The notes beneath the pieces are model-generated. The model was not told where the DNA came from. It saw nothing but the letters and a program-made list of their open reading frames with translations, and ran no database searches. A stretch of 59,678 nt of DNA, taken from positions 1-59,678 of IMG/VR virus record IMGVR_UViG_3300018080_000199, one strand, 5' to 3'. The position numbers and the translations under genes were made by a program. Source of the stretch: a virus. Lineage: Duplodnaviria > Caudoviricetes. Position 1 is the stretch's first letter. Each line of letters opens with the position of its first letter. Below are positions 9,194-19,677 of this stretch, one piece after another.

Positions 9194-9952
9194 TCAACTA
9201 TTCTTGTCACTTCCTCGCCGCTCTGAGTCATGAGGATCACTTCCAGTTCCATTAGCTTCCCTCCTAATAAAACGAGTAAACTTCTTTCCAATATCATCCA
9301 AGATTTGGCTCACACGAGCCGGCGAAATCCTTAAGATCTTAGCAATATCACGACCTGTGTGGTTCTCTAGTCTCAGCTTCAAAACCTCTTGCTCCTGGGT
9401 TGAAAGATAATTTAGAAAATCATGGATCTCATAATCATTTTCATCATATTGCGGAGGAAGGAGGCTTATCTCAGCATCATTGGTATATGCTGTATTGTCC
9501 TCGTCCTCTTGAACTTTTCCGTGCAGGTTTATTGTGTAGGGGAGAATATTCTCCTCTCTCATTTTCTTTATCTGTTTCTGAGGAATCCGTATTACATGAT
9601 CCTCAGATAAAAACTTATGAATAGCGGAATGTACTTTTATTGTTATATATCCCCCTATATTATTATGTACGTGCGCGCACATGCGATCTACAGCTTCTAC
9701 AAGACCGATCATAGCTGCCGATACAATATCATCTTTCTTTTTAGGGTATCGTGCCACATATCCCCCACAAATCTGCAATACCAAACGCACATGAGACATG
9801 ATAAGTGTCTCACGTGCATCTGTGTCACCAGCGCGGTGTTTTGCAAGAAGATCGGTAAGTTCAGGAAGGGATAACTGATTTGGTAAATCAGATTGCCCAA
9901 TAGGATGGACAACATTATAACGGATTCTCTTTTTTGATCCACCAAGATACAT
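9194..9952 (-). CDS. sigma-70-family RNA polymerase sigma factor
   Basis: Region 2 (ARETLIMSHVRLV...DDIVSAAMIGLVEAVDR) and region 4 HTH (LSTQEQEVLKLR...DIAKILRISPARVSQI). Confidence 0.85.
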   Translation of the reverse strand: MYLGGSKKRIRYNVVHPIGQSDLPNQLSLPELTDLLAKHRAGDTDARETLIMSHVRLVLQICGGYVARYPKKKDDIVSAAMIGLVEAVDRMCAHVHNNIGGYITIKVHSAIHKFLSEDHVIRIPQKQIKKMREENILPYTINLHGKVQEDEDNTAYTNDAEISLLPPQYDENDYEIHDFLNYLSTQEQEVLKLRLENHTGRDIAKILRISPARVSQILDDIGKKFTRFIRREANGTGSDPHDSERRGSDKNS

Positions 9953-9963
9953 CCTACGCTCCC

Positions 9964-10287
9964 TGATTCACTAAATTATTTATGGGCCATGGATTTACTG
10001 AAATAATTTAATTCAGTAAAATAATTTAATTCAGTAGAATAATCCTCCCTGGATACGGAACCTCCGCCTATACCATACTATATGTATGGTCCTTAGTCAA
10101 CTAGAATCTTATAAGTCATTATATTCCAAGGGTTTAAAATGACAATTCAAACCGGAGAATTTCACGAAATTCTCTGGCACAGTATTTGCTAGATGAATTA
10201 TTTTACTGAATTAAATTATTTTTAGACCTCCTGATTCTATAATATAATTCAATAAATTATTTAGTATCTGAGGGATTTACTAAATTA
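9964..10287. promoter_or_regulatory. control region 1: inverted arrays of an 18-bp repeat flanking a promoter
   Basis: ATAATTTAATTCAGTAAA tandem copies at about 10001-10043, with inverted copies at about 10194-10222. Confidence 0.7.
10072..10100 (-). promoter_or_regulatory. sigma70-like promoter upstream of the sigma-factor/early operon
   Basis: TTGACT-N17-TATGGT on the - strand. Confidence 0.55.
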
Positions 10288-10514
10288 TGTGTACTACGAA
10301 ATTTTCCTCGGATAAGTACATGATCTCCGAAGATATGTTTTAGTAAATTTTCAATTCTTGTTGCTGTTGCTTCAAGACGATCAAGACGATCCGTTGTTGG
10401 AAGTGGTGGGCCATTAAATACCTGGCCTTTAAGCTCAGGGTTAAGTTTCTGTCTCTCAGTAAGAAGTGTCTTAAAGGCCCCAACATCTTCTTCTGTCATA
10501 TTCTCAATCTGCAT
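10257..10514 (-). CDS. hypothetical protein
   Basis: 85-aa ORF with AAGGG RBS. Confidence 0.55.
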   Translation of the reverse strand: MQIENMTEEDVGAFKTLLTERQKLNPELKGQVFNGPPLPTTDRLDRLEATATRIENLLKHIFGDHVLIRGKFRSTHNLVNPSDTK

Positions 10515-10525
10515 TATATTTCCCT

Positions 10526-10945
10526 TTATATAAGCTCCTTAAACATCCAAAATTCATCCCACTGTGCATTCACTTCAGTAGCAATATAACCACGAGGATC
10601 ATAAACCTTATAGCCATCCCAAGCAACTACATGAGAAATATCTGAATACATGAGTATTCCTATATTTCCATTGATAGGAAATTTTCCGTTTATTCTAATT
10701 TCCTTACCATTTATTTCTATAGCTCGAAAGAAAGGCATACATGCATACCCAAACTTATAAATAATTGGCAATAGATCTTCTAATTGTATCCCACGATGAT
10801 GATTAGGATGTCCTTTTTCAGGCCACATGATTTCTTCTGGATCATGTTTCACCCATCTTCTAATATCCTCAGCATCAACATTCATACACATGGCTACTGA
10901 GCAAAGTACACATTCATAATCACCTACTTGACGTATTAGTTTCAA
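10526..10945 (-). CDS. peptidase C39-like cysteine protease
   Basis: IRQVGDYECVLCSVAM (Q-x5-C), SHVVAWDG (His), VYDP (Asp); TTG start behind GAGGAGG. Confidence 0.7.
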   Translation of the reverse strand: MKLIRQVGDYECVLCSVAMCMNVDAEDIRRWVKHDPEEIMWPEKGHPNHHRGIQLEDLLPIIYKFGYACMPFFRAIEINGKEIRINGKFPINGNIGILMYSDISHVVAWDGYKVYDPRGYIATEVNAQWDEFWMFKELI

Positions 10946-11390
10946 TGAGAACCTCCTCATCAATTTCACGCCAAAAATTCGATGCCTCTTTCATTTCATA
11001 GCTAATATATGAGGCCCAGATTCCTACCTCAATACTCCTGGCTCTAAGCCATTGGATCAGCGGCAAAAAGGCTTTATTTGAGGAGCCAAGAATAATGGTG
11101 TTCACTCGATCTACATGATTCACTGCTTCTAACACAATATCGACAATCGGATTATATCGCTTAGTCTCGGTATTGAGTCCTTTAAATTTAACAATAAATC
11201 CGTAGTGCCGTAATGCATCCCGAAATCCATATGCACGGTCATTAGCTATAGTACCATAGGCTATTGAGATTGTATCCTCACCTGCCCATTGGTTATATAG
11301 CTTCGCATAATCAATACAGCGTCCCGCAAACTTACGATTAACCCCATAATGTAAGTTCCCCGTATCGAGTAGTACCAATGTATTTGGCAT
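10920..11390 (-). CDS. NYN (LabA/DUF88, PIN-fold) domain protein, degenerate
   Basis: LLDTGNL, IDYAKL, IILGSSNKAFLPLIQWLR..GI. Confidence 0.7.
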   Translation of the reverse strand: MPNTLVLLDTGNLHYGVNRKFAGRCIDYAKLYNQWAGEDTISIAYGTIANDRAYGFRDALRHYGFIVKFKGLNTETKRYNPIVDIVLEAVNHVDRVNTIILGSSNKAFLPLIQWLRARSIEVGIWASYISYEMKEASNFWREIDEEVLIETNTSSR

Positions 11391-11728
11391 TATTCTTCTC
11401 CAGGGACTTTATATCTTTTCGTATAATCCTCACGACACTTAGCCCACTTATTCCAATCACAAAATTGATTTACCAAATTACATGCCTTAGCGGAATTATG
11501 TGCAGCAGAAAATGTTACAGGTGTTGGACGTGTTGTTAACCATGCCACAAAAGCCGTTATTGCTTCACGTGGTGTGAGATCTGGTTGATTCAATTGAGGC
11601 ATGACACCTTGCATACATTTAGCCATCTTCTCCTGGGGGTCTGGTACTTTGATATTTTGAGCCTTAATACCTACTTCTTGTCTCTGTTTCTTCTCATACT
11701 CAGCTTTTGCTTTCTCAAAATTATTCAT
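11390..11728 (-). CDS. hypothetical protein
   Basis: Coupled ORF. Confidence 0.6.
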   Translation of the reverse strand: MNNFEKAKAEYEKKQRQEVGIKAQNIKVPDPQEKMAKCMQGVMPQLNQPDLTPREAITAFVAWLTTRPTPVTFSAAHNSAKACNLVNQFCDWNKWAKCREDYTKRYKVPGEE

Positions 11729-12105
11729 CTTGGTTCCTTTCTTCGCTGTATTTTCTTATGATCTAGATAGAATACCCAATTACAAGGTTTATGTAATTTA
11801 TAAAATTCTAAATCTGAATCCCCAGTTAGAATCCAAACACCACTTCCAAAAGCACACAACTTAGGGAATGTTTCAATCTGTGCTGGAGTAAACCGTGAGC
11901 CTTTCATATCAGGAAGTTTAACCTCTATCCACCGATGCCCATATCGAACATGAGTGGCAAAGAGATCCGGAAATCCATATTGATACATGTTTCCATGTGT
12001 TTGAAGAACAAACCATTCTTCACGTCTCAAGCGATTAATTATTCGCCTTTGGATTTTTGCTTCTGGTCCTTTTTGGCCGTAGTGTTTGAAAGGTTGGGTC
12101 TGCAT
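11725..12105 (-). CDS. VRR-NUC nuclease / Holliday-junction resolvase-like
   Basis: EAKIQ..I, GFPDL, WIEVK, FTPAQ: PD-(D/E)xK motifs. Confidence 0.85.
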   Translation of the reverse strand: MQTQPFKHYGQKGPEAKIQRRIINRLRREEWFVLQTHGNMYQYGFPDLFATHVRYGHRWIEVKLPDMKGSRFTPAQIETFPKLCAFGSGVWILTGDSDLEFYKLHKPCNWVFYLDHKKIQRRKEPR

Positions 12106-12285
12106 TCTGCTCTCACAATATTAAGAAGAATCTGTGCAAGTTTGAGTTTCTCATCCATAGCTTGCCCAGTCACCATACCTACAGCTTCAGTAACAAGTTC
12201 TCGTACTCGATGTAAATAATATGTGTTATTATTCACATCCAAAATTACTTGTAATTGCGGATTCTCTTTTCCACGTATCACACAT

Positions 12286-12645
12286 TCACTTAGCAGACTT
12301 CTTTGTAGCTTTATGCTCAGACTTTTCTTTCTTGGCATTTTCTCTCCTCTCCTTAGCATACGCCTTCTTTAATTCATACATTCGCTTTTTCAGTGCGTTC
12401 TTAGCTGCTCGGAGCATAATTTGTTCACGAAGATCTCTCACCCCAAGTAAATTATAATTTGCCCAAACTTCATCAGGTAGTAGATTCTTTACTGCTTTGT
12501 AATCCTTGTATACTTCCACTAGTTCTTCCGTGCTCAAATGGTCTGGAAACTTTAGACCTAATTTCTTCAACTCTGCTCTTATATCTTCGTCGCGTACTTC
12601 CTTCGGTCTTTTCATCGGTTCTGGTACTTCTCTTGCCATCTTCAT
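12286..12645 (-). CDS. hypothetical protein (HeH-like segment)
   Basis: DIRAELKKLGLKF...STEELVEVY; GGAGG RBS. Confidence 0.55.
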   Translation of the reverse strand: MKMAREVPEPMKRPKEVRDEDIRAELKKLGLKFPDHLSTEELVEVYKDYKAVKNLLPDEVWANYNLLGVRDLREQIMLRAAKNALKKRMYELKKAYAKERRENAKKEKSEHKATKKSAK

Positions 12646-12997
12646 TCCTCCCCATACTTAAATCCACAAAATTCGGAAAATATAACATAACATCTGTTTC
12701 ATGAAATTCAATTTGTTGAATTAATTCCTCCTTACTATATGTGCTCCAATATTTGATCCTTAGTTTTCGTGCTAGTTTTTGAAGTTTAACCATTGGCCAA
12801 TCTTGTATCTTTGTCTCCTCCAATATATCCATTAAGATAATATCAAGAAGATTTTCTGATAGGATCTCTTCCAGGAATCCAATTAATGATTCCATTTCTT
12901 CATCTTTTAGGCTCCTATTCTTAACATGGTATTCAATTTTACGTAACTTATTAACACGTTGTCGTAATAACTGAAGTAACTCTACTTTTCTCCCCAT
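12473..12997 (-). CDS. protein with Rho-N-terminal-like helix-extension-helix domain
   Basis: LQKLARKLRIKYWSTYSKEELIQQI. Confidence 0.55.
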   Translation of the reverse strand: MGRKVELLQLLRQRVNKLRKIEYHVKNRSLKDEEMESLIGFLEEILSENLLDIILMDILEETKIQDWPMVKLQKLARKLRIKYWSTYSKEELIQQIEFHETDVMLYFPNFVDLSMGRNEDGKRSTRTDEKTEGSTRRRYKSRVEEIRSKVSRPFEHGRTSGSIQGLQSSKESTT

Positions 12998-15213
12998 GAT
13001 TTAATACTCACTTTCCAAGTTATACTAAGTAATGGTACATATTTTTTATATTCTTCAACAAATGCCTCAACGAGTTTGGTTGAATGATTTGCTAAATCAG
13101 GAACCATAGGACACATGATCTCATCATGTACGTTTAAGGGCATAACACGCCAATCGGAAACACCTATTGGTTGTAGATCCCATAGACGACGTTGGAGTTC
13201 CTTCGTAATAGTAGCCCCAGGGGACTGAATGACATGATTGCCCGCCGCCCGCATGTTTGCACTTTGGATTGCGAAGGCAGCCCCATAGAGTGCAGATTGT
13301 AATGCGCCAGAGGCGGTTTGCTGTCGCTCTCGGCGCATAACTTTAATCTTATATTCCCTCCACTCTTTGGGAGGATCTTGTGCAAGATCATATAAGGCTC
13401 TACAAATTTTATTTTCAAGTGTAAAATACCTCCTAAATCCAAACATACTTTCAATATATTCTTGTGGTTCATGCCATTCTACAGCAGTACCAATACCATC
13501 GGGTTGTCGCATACTGCAAAAGGCATCAAAGACTTTTTGTCTTGCTCTATGGACACCTGGGAATCGCTTACCGAAACTCTTGAAAGCTTGAACGGCAATA
13601 TCATGTGGTATTCCGAGTTTTGATTCAAGTGTATACTCGGTTCCCCCATAACCCATTCCAAATACACCTTGTTTCCCGTCCTTATATCTTGTACCATTAA
13701 CGTATTGGTTAAGAAATTCTCCACGATCATCTTCCTCCATGATCTCCTCATATGTAGATCCTGGATAAAGTTCCATAGCGAATAGAGCATGGATCTTTTT
13801 ACCTGCCATAAGTTGTTTACGTAGTTCTGGATCTTTCCACTCAGCTTCCATCAAAGAGACTTCAAAAGCATCAAAATCACCCCCACTTAAATCAAATCCA
13901 TCTGGTGCAAGTTGAAAACAAGCTCGAACTTTTTTATCTTTCTTAATACCTTGAGGATTCAATCCATCAGAACCAGACATTCTTGTACTCTTAGTTCCAA
14001 TAACTTTGAAACCAGCATAAAATTTTCCTGCTCGAATAAGCTTATCATAAAGTTCAATCTCTTTCTGAGCTTCCCGAGCATTTAGTACTTGTTGTGCTGC
14101 TACTGCTGCTGGATGATTAGTTCCATCTTCCTTTATCCATTTTGTGATCTCTTGGAGAACAACCTTCTTTGTGCTATTTCGGATCACTAATCTCTCAGTG
14201 GTATTCATATGTTGTTCAACAAACTTACGTGCTGGTCTAGGTGCTGTTGGAATTTCCTCCACTAACTTAGCTGCTTGATCGCGTAATTTACTAAGTTGTT
14301 CAACATTGATCTTAAAACCCTTCCATCTTACTGCTCCAACCATACATGCCAGTTCTGAATCGGTATCACCAGGTTCGGGATCTCCGAAATAATGATAAAG
14401 ACCCCGTGTATATTCTACATCATCGCCAGCATATTTTTTAGCGAGAGGGTTGAAAGCCCAATAATTTATATGATGTTTAATAACTTCTGGCCAATTACCT
14501 CCATAAGGTACATACTCATCTTCCTTTGGTCGCCACTCAGGATCAACACCAATTTGATCCCCGATCCGTAATATATCATCCTCTGAGATTCCAAGAGCGT
14601 CTACAGCTAGAGCCTTTAATGCGGTTGATGGCTCAAACTTTAATTCAAGATCCTTAAAATTAGGATTAATCTCACCATCAAGATCTGTGATATCCCGTAT
14701 TTGCCATTGTGGAATATTTTTACGTTTACGTCTGGCAAAATAAATTCCAGGTAACGGGATTACTTCTTCAAGCTTTTTAGCAAGAGCCTTAGCCAAGACT
14801 GTAGGAACACGTTTTACGCGAATTGGCTTCCGATCCATGGTACTTTGATAAGGGCCTTTTCTCGCGTGCAACATAATATCACATGCTGCTTTGGGTTTCA
14901 AACATGGTCCCTCTTGAGCCAGAATCTCATAATTTGCTAAATCAGAGATTACATTCTGTGGGATCGCGGATTTATCTGGATAAGCCAGAAACATAGTATA
15001 GATCTTGCAAAGATGAAATTGATCAAATGCCAAGTTGAACCCACAAATGGCCTTTCCCATCATCCATTCGATAAGATCTATTGTCTCTTGTATCGGATGT
15101 TTCCAAATATCCCACTGGATAATTGGACCTTCATCTTCAGCATATTGAATAGTAACCGCTGGACCTTTGAATCCACAGGTCTCGGTGTCAAAGTAAATCA
15201 TACCATTCCCCAT
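12982..15213 (-). CDS. polA: DNA polymerase family A with 3'-5' exonuclease
   Basis: FDTET, GFNLAFD, YAGDDV (exonuclease); TRMSG..LNPQ, DFDAFE (motif A), RYKDGKQGVFGMGYG (motif B, Phe at the 762-equivalent position), VHDEI (motif C). Confidence 0.93.
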   Translation of the reverse strand: MGNGMIYFDTETCGFKGPAVTIQYAEDEGPIIQWDIWKHPIQETIDLIEWMMGKAICGFNLAFDQFHLCKIYTMFLAYPDKSAIPQNVISDLANYEILAQEGPCLKPKAACDIMLHARKGPYQSTMDRKPIRVKRVPTVLAKALAKKLEEVIPLPGIYFARRKRKNIPQWQIRDITDLDGEINPNFKDLELKFEPSTALKALAVDALGISEDDILRIGDQIGVDPEWRPKEDEYVPYGGNWPEVIKHHINYWAFNPLAKKYAGDDVEYTRGLYHYFGDPEPGDTDSELACMVGAVRWKGFKINVEQLSKLRDQAAKLVEEIPTAPRPARKFVEQHMNTTERLVIRNSTKKVVLQEITKWIKEDGTNHPAAVAAQQVLNAREAQKEIELYDKLIRAGKFYAGFKVIGTKSTRMSGSDGLNPQGIKKDKKVRACFQLAPDGFDLSGGDFDAFEVSLMEAEWKDPELRKQLMAGKKIHALFAMELYPGSTYEEIMEEDDRGEFLNQYVNGTRYKDGKQGVFGMGYGGTEYTLESKLGIPHDIAVQAFKSFGKRFPGVHRARQKVFDAFCSMRQPDGIGTAVEWHEPQEYIESMFGFRRYFTLENKICRALYDLAQDPPKEWREYKIKVMRRERQQTASGALQSALYGAAFAIQSANMRAAGNHVIQSPGATITKELQRRLWDLQPIGVSDWRVMPLNVHDEIMCPMVPDLANHSTKLVEAFVEEYKKYVPLLSITWKVSIKSWGEK

Positions 15214-15389
15214 GCAACTTTCGAAGGATCTTGAACAAATACTCCTAGTTCTTCTGCTTCTTTCTTATCCATTACAGGTAAGAATCTTTTACCTCCACAG
15301 TAAGGACATGATCCACCATACCCTTCTCGTATAGCATGAGCTTTCCCACATCCTATAGCAACACATTTCCTAATTTTAATTCTGCTCAT
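15198..15389 (-). CDS. small zinc-ribbon protein
   Basis: CVAIGC...CPYCG. Confidence 0.55.
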   Translation of the reverse strand: MSRIKIRKCVAIGCGKAHAIREGYGGSCPYCGGKRFLPVMDKKEAEELGVFVQDPSKVAWGMV

Positions 15390-16071
15390 TCCTTAATCCC
15401 CATAGCCTCAAGATCCCCTGGCAATAAATCAAGATCATGAATCATTTTCACAGGATATTGCTCATGAATCTTTTGCCACATACTCGTGAGAAAAGGATAT
15501 GTGATTGTAGATCCATTTTCACATTGCTCAATAAGCTGAGAGAAAGGCCAACATAATCTTAGCCTAATTTCATAAATCATCTTCGATACCGTTTCCACCA
15601 GTTAGTAAAGCCAAGTCCATTCGGACAAATAACCCATTTCCAAAAAGTATGGAGTCTGGGATATTTTAAATGCCAATTATATTTTATCATAAGACCTTCA
15701 ATATATAATCTCATGTTACACCCCTATACTTAACTAATTCAAAAGCTTGAGTCTCTGTGAATCCTACTTCAATATAAGTTTGATAGCGAAAATACATAAC
15801 TTTTGATATTTCAATCCATGCTTGTTCGTTAACTTCTTTATTTATTTTATATGTTTTCATTAATTCTTCAGTTAGTTTTCGTTCTTTATCTGCATTCATT
15901 GTAACTCCTGACTATAATATTCTCGTCCACAATCATAACAAATGAATTTTAGAAACATTAATATTTCTGCTGAATATCTTGCCCCACATTTACATACTTG
16001 AAATGCTTCTTCTTTTGTAACTGCACAACAACATGGTTTAGTATGTTGTTTATGTGCTTTTGGAGTATGAC

Positions 16072-16380
16072 TCATAATCCAGCCTTCTTCTTAAAGAATT
16101 CTCTCATATCCTCAAGATGTTTTTCCATTGCTTCAAGCCTACCACGTTCATAACTCCTACCAGCAGGGCAGCCTGATTCTTGTATTGCTACAGCCAAGGC
16201 TGCTGCCCATGTCTCTGGGATTCTGATTGCTGGCCTAATAAAATCCCCAGGATTATGTTGTTTCGTACAAAAATTACCATCATCTTGTTGTTCAACATGA
16301 AATCCTTCATCGCCTCTAACATATACGTCAACAGTCCTAGAACTTGGATTCAAATACGCCCTTACTTCAAACATTTCCAT
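16072..16380 (-). CDS. hypothetical phage protein
   Basis: ORF ending GRLEAMEKHLEDMR; GGGAG RBS. Confidence 0.6.
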   Translation of the reverse strand: MEMFEVRAYLNPSSRTVDVYVRGDEGFHVEQQDDGNFCTKQHNPGDFIRPAIRIPETWAAALAVAIQESGCPAGRSYERGRLEAMEKHLEDMREFFKKKAGL

Positions 16381-16841
16381 ACTCCCACATAGTAATAGTT
16401 CTTCTCAACAGGATAACGTCGCCACCCATTAGTACTTAAAAAGTCTTTCTTACTCCATAAGCTTTTATGAATATTATAAGGATTTCCATAATACCAAGAT
16501 TGTTTATCCTTAACAATATTCTCATCCCATCTAAGTGGTGTTAGTAATATTAACTCCCTCTTACATACTCTTTTCGCATCCTCAAGAATAATAAGTCCAC
16601 GCCCTTTATCTAAATGCTCTATAAGATCTAGCATTAATACTATATCAAAAACGCCTCCCCAACTGGCCGGTAAACCTTCGGTACTAAGATCAATAAGATG
16701 ATCAGGATTTGCTTTTGGCCATATATCTACTGTTGTAACATTTTGTAATGTTCTACTGACTTTGCAATTCCCACATCCAAGATCAAGTATCTTATCTCCT
16801 GGTTGAACTCTCTGATTTACAAAATCAATAATCCCAATCAC
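16362..16841 (-). CDS. class I SAM-dependent methyltransferase
   Basis: ILDLGCG, TVDI, FDIVLMLDLIEHL, LLTP. Confidence 0.88.
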   Translation of the reverse strand: MIGIIDFVNQRVQPGDKILDLGCGNCKVSRTLQNVTTVDIWPKANPDHLIDLSTEGLPASWGGVFDIVLMLDLIEHLDKGRGLIILEDAKRVCKRELILLTPLRWDENIVKDKQSWYYGNPYNIHKSLWSKKDFLSTNGWRRYPVEKNYYYVGVWKCLK

Positions 16842-17728
16842 GAGACAGCCCTCTCCCCTTTAACATCAATACCTGCAAGACTAGCAGCACTTTCACGTGG
16901 AATAATATAAGCTCTGCCTTTCTCATCCGCAATCTTCTTTACTTCATAAAAGATCTCACTATCAGAGATTTCACCAGCACACCACGCGAGACAACGTGTG
17001 CCAAAGTTATTGCCAATTGAATCTTGAACATGATCCATCATTGCAAAGATTTCCTGCTTACCTCTTGCTCGTTTGACAAGTGAATTCTCCTGTCTCCTAG
17101 CTCTAATAACAGGAGTTTTCTCACCTTTTTCCTTAGCTATTTTAATCTTCTTCACTGCTTCCATCTGCATTTCTCTAGTAGGTAGATTCTTAATATCTCG
17201 AATCTGATGCTGTGTTATAAATCCTGCTGCTGCTTGAGTTTGAATCTCTTGTGGGAGTTCTAAGAGATATGTTCTCACCTGAACCCACCCATATGATTTA
17301 CCAAGTTCTGTAGCAATCTCTTGCAGTGTTAATCCAAATGCCTTCAAATGCTCTACAGCCTGAGATTCTTCCACAATGTTTAAATCTTTTCGGAGGAGAT
17401 TTTCTCTTAGATTTAAGATCCGGGCATCTCTCTCATTTGTAACTCGGCTAATTGTAGCTTTAATTGTTTTAAGACCAAGAACCTTATGAGCAGTGTACCG
17501 ACGGAAACCTGCAATGAGTCTCCATTTATAGAATTTATTAACATACTCTTGCTCATATTTCTGAACAATAACAGGAGATAATAACCCATTCTTCTCAATA
17601 TCCCTTGCCAACTCCTGAACATCTACAGGAGCAATCTGTCCACGACAATTCATATTCTGATCCATAAGGATATCAGTTAAAGGTATACTTATGATCTCAT
17701 TATCAACACTTTGCTCTGATCTTTCCAT
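16838..17728 (-). CDS. ParB/Spo0J-like protein 1
   Basis: ELARDIEKNGLLSPVIV, LIAGFRRYTA, ENLLRKDL, HTH LQEIATELGKSYGWV. Confidence 0.9.
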   Translation of the reverse strand: MERSEQSVDNEIISIPLTDILMDQNMNCRGQIAPVDVQELARDIEKNGLLSPVIVQKYEQEYVNKFYKWRLIAGFRRYTAHKVLGLKTIKATISRVTNERDARILNLRENLLRKDLNIVEESQAVEHLKAFGLTLQEIATELGKSYGWVQVRTYLLELPQEIQTQAAAGFITQHQIRDIKNLPTREMQMEAVKKIKIAKEKGEKTPVIRARRQENSLVKRARGKQEIFAMMDHVQDSIGNNFGTRCLAWCAGEISDSEIFYEVKKIADEKGRAYIIPRESAASLAGIDVKGERAVS

Positions 17729-19659
17729 TATTCTTCTCCATATACAATAGTATCAACTTCTCGTGCAATCGTAGTTCTCATTATATTTCTAAAATCTCCA
17801 AGACTCATAGCTTGCAGATCTCGTTTCTTTCTTAAATTGTTAAGAATATACATGTCACTTTCAAGGTGAATAATATCAATAATCGTAGCTCCACGGTTCT
17901 CATCCATACCAGGACGATGGATACGATCTTCACTTTGGATACGACTATTAGCATTGAAATCATTACTATAATAAATCACTGCCGGTGATGCTGTGAGATT
18001 AAGGCCCTCACCTGCTGCTCCTGGTTGCCCAACAAATGCCAATCTAGGATACTTTTCCAAAAGCTCATTACGACGAGGATGTGTACGGTCCATAGCAATA
18101 AGCATATCATCTTTATTCTCATCGCCAAAGGCCATCCACCCTCGTCCATCTGCACGTAATACTGTCCACTTCTGTTCGACACATGTTTTAACAATCCGAT
18201 CAATCGAACCAGTGAAACCACCATAAATAACAAGCCTCCCAACATCACTGTATTCATCAAGAAGATCAATAAGAGCATTAACCTTGGGACATGGGACTTC
18301 CTCTACAATTCGATTTGTCTTATCAATCTCACCAGTCCCACCGCACTTATCACAAATCATCATTTCTTTCTTAACATCAGAGTTCTCTAATGGGGCTTGT
18401 GTATTTTCAATTCCAACATAAGTTTCACGTTCCCCTTCACCATTACAGAGAGGACAAATTTGTGTGCCAACTACTTCTTCATGATATTGAAAACCATCAG
18501 ATAACTCTCTCATTCTCTCCATACCAGTAATAACTCGGGGTGCTGTACTTACCAATGCTTCAGCAACTTGAAGTGTAGTATGATTTGGCTTACACTCAAT
18601 AATTTTGTAAATTTTATCTGGAAGATCAAGACAATCTTTCTTGAAGAATACAATCACAAGACCCTTCATACGTCTATAAAGCGCAGCTACTTCATTCTTG
18701 GATGATTGAAAATGGTGCTTATCTCCAGCTAAATCCCCAATATTATGATTTGGGTGCTCTTCATACTCTCCACATTCGGAACATTTATTTTCATCATCTA
18801 ACCAAGTGACAAGATGAGGGTATTGTCCACCTGTAATTTGATTCTCTTTCCATTGAATAACAGATAATCTCTTTTTAAAATTATTTATATTTCCTTCTTT
18901 TAAGAAGCCAGGGCAAGCGATCTCGCACTGGAAGTACCAATCAGCAGGACTCTTTGGTGCTGGAGCACCAGACATAAGGATACAGAAACCTTCCATACCC
19001 CAATCCTCTCGGATACCTTCTGCAAGCTGCATAGCTGCTTGACTTCGTAAAGCCGAAGGTGTCTTAACTCTTGCTGACTCATCAAAGATTACTCCTTTAG
19101 GAGCTTTATCGCTAGGGTTCCAATTCTCGATGACACTACGTAATCTTTCATATGTCATTCGAATTGGATCAATCTTGCAATTCCATTTCTGGAATTCAAG
19201 TTTAATTGCTCTTAAAGCACTCTTAGGGCCAATCCAATACCAATCACTAAAATTACTTGCTTCTATCAATTCGATAGCTGCAAGCGTCTTACCACAACCC
19301 ATTTCGGCTGCCCAAATACCATAATGCACGGTCAAACCGTGCCGAATCATTTCAAATTGATGAGAAAATAAAGGACGGGAGGATTCGTAATTTACTAAAT
19401 CACGGTCATATATCTCATAGGGATTTTCACCCATGAGATATTGAAGTTGAAAGCGATTTCTACCTGTATCTTTTATAGACCAAGCTTTACGAGGAGTGGG
19501 CTTATCGAAACCATGCCATTTAGCACCATCAAAGGATTTAATCTCTTTGAGGAGGGTTTGGTTATATCTAAAAGCTAAGAAGATTTGGTTATTTTCTAAC
19601 CACATCTTAGCGTTTATCATCTTCCTACCAGCACGCAACTTAATATCTTTCACAGACAT
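17728..19659 (-). CDS. SNF2-like superfamily 2 helicase
   Basis: AEMGCGKT, IFDES, MSGAP, GEGLNLT, QSEDRIHRPG. Confidence 0.9.
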   Translation of the reverse strand: MSVKDIKLRAGRKMINAKMWLENNQIFLAFRYNQTLLKEIKSFDGAKWHGFDKPTPRKAWSIKDTGRNRFQLQYLMGENPYEIYDRDLVNYESSRPLFSHQFEMIRHGLTVHYGIWAAEMGCGKTLAAIELIEASNFSDWYWIGPKSALRAIKLEFQKWNCKIDPIRMTYERLRSVIENWNPSDKAPKGVIFDESARVKTPSALRSQAAMQLAEGIREDWGMEGFCILMSGAPAPKSPADWYFQCEIACPGFLKEGNINNFKKRLSVIQWKENQITGGQYPHLVTWLDDENKCSECGEYEEHPNHNIGDLAGDKHHFQSSKNEVAALYRRMKGLVIVFFKKDCLDLPDKIYKIIECKPNHTTLQVAEALVSTAPRVITGMERMRELSDGFQYHEEVVGTQICPLCNGEGERETYVGIENTQAPLENSDVKKEMMICDKCGGTGEIDKTNRIVEEVPCPKVNALIDLLDEYSDVGRLVIYGGFTGSIDRIVKTCVEQKWTVLRADGRGWMAFGDENKDDMLIAMDRTHPRRNELLEKYPRLAFVGQPGAAGEGLNLTASPAVIYYSNDFNANSRIQSEDRIHRPGMDENRGATIIDIIHLESDMYILNNLRKKRDLQAMSLGDFRNIMRTTIAREVDTIVYGEE

Positions 19660-19677
19660 ATTACCTCCTTAACAAAC

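Noticed and set aside
9997-10225. Tandem 18-bp repeats as a CRISPR array
   Set aside because: The units are contiguous with no spacers, few in number, and no cas genes are present.
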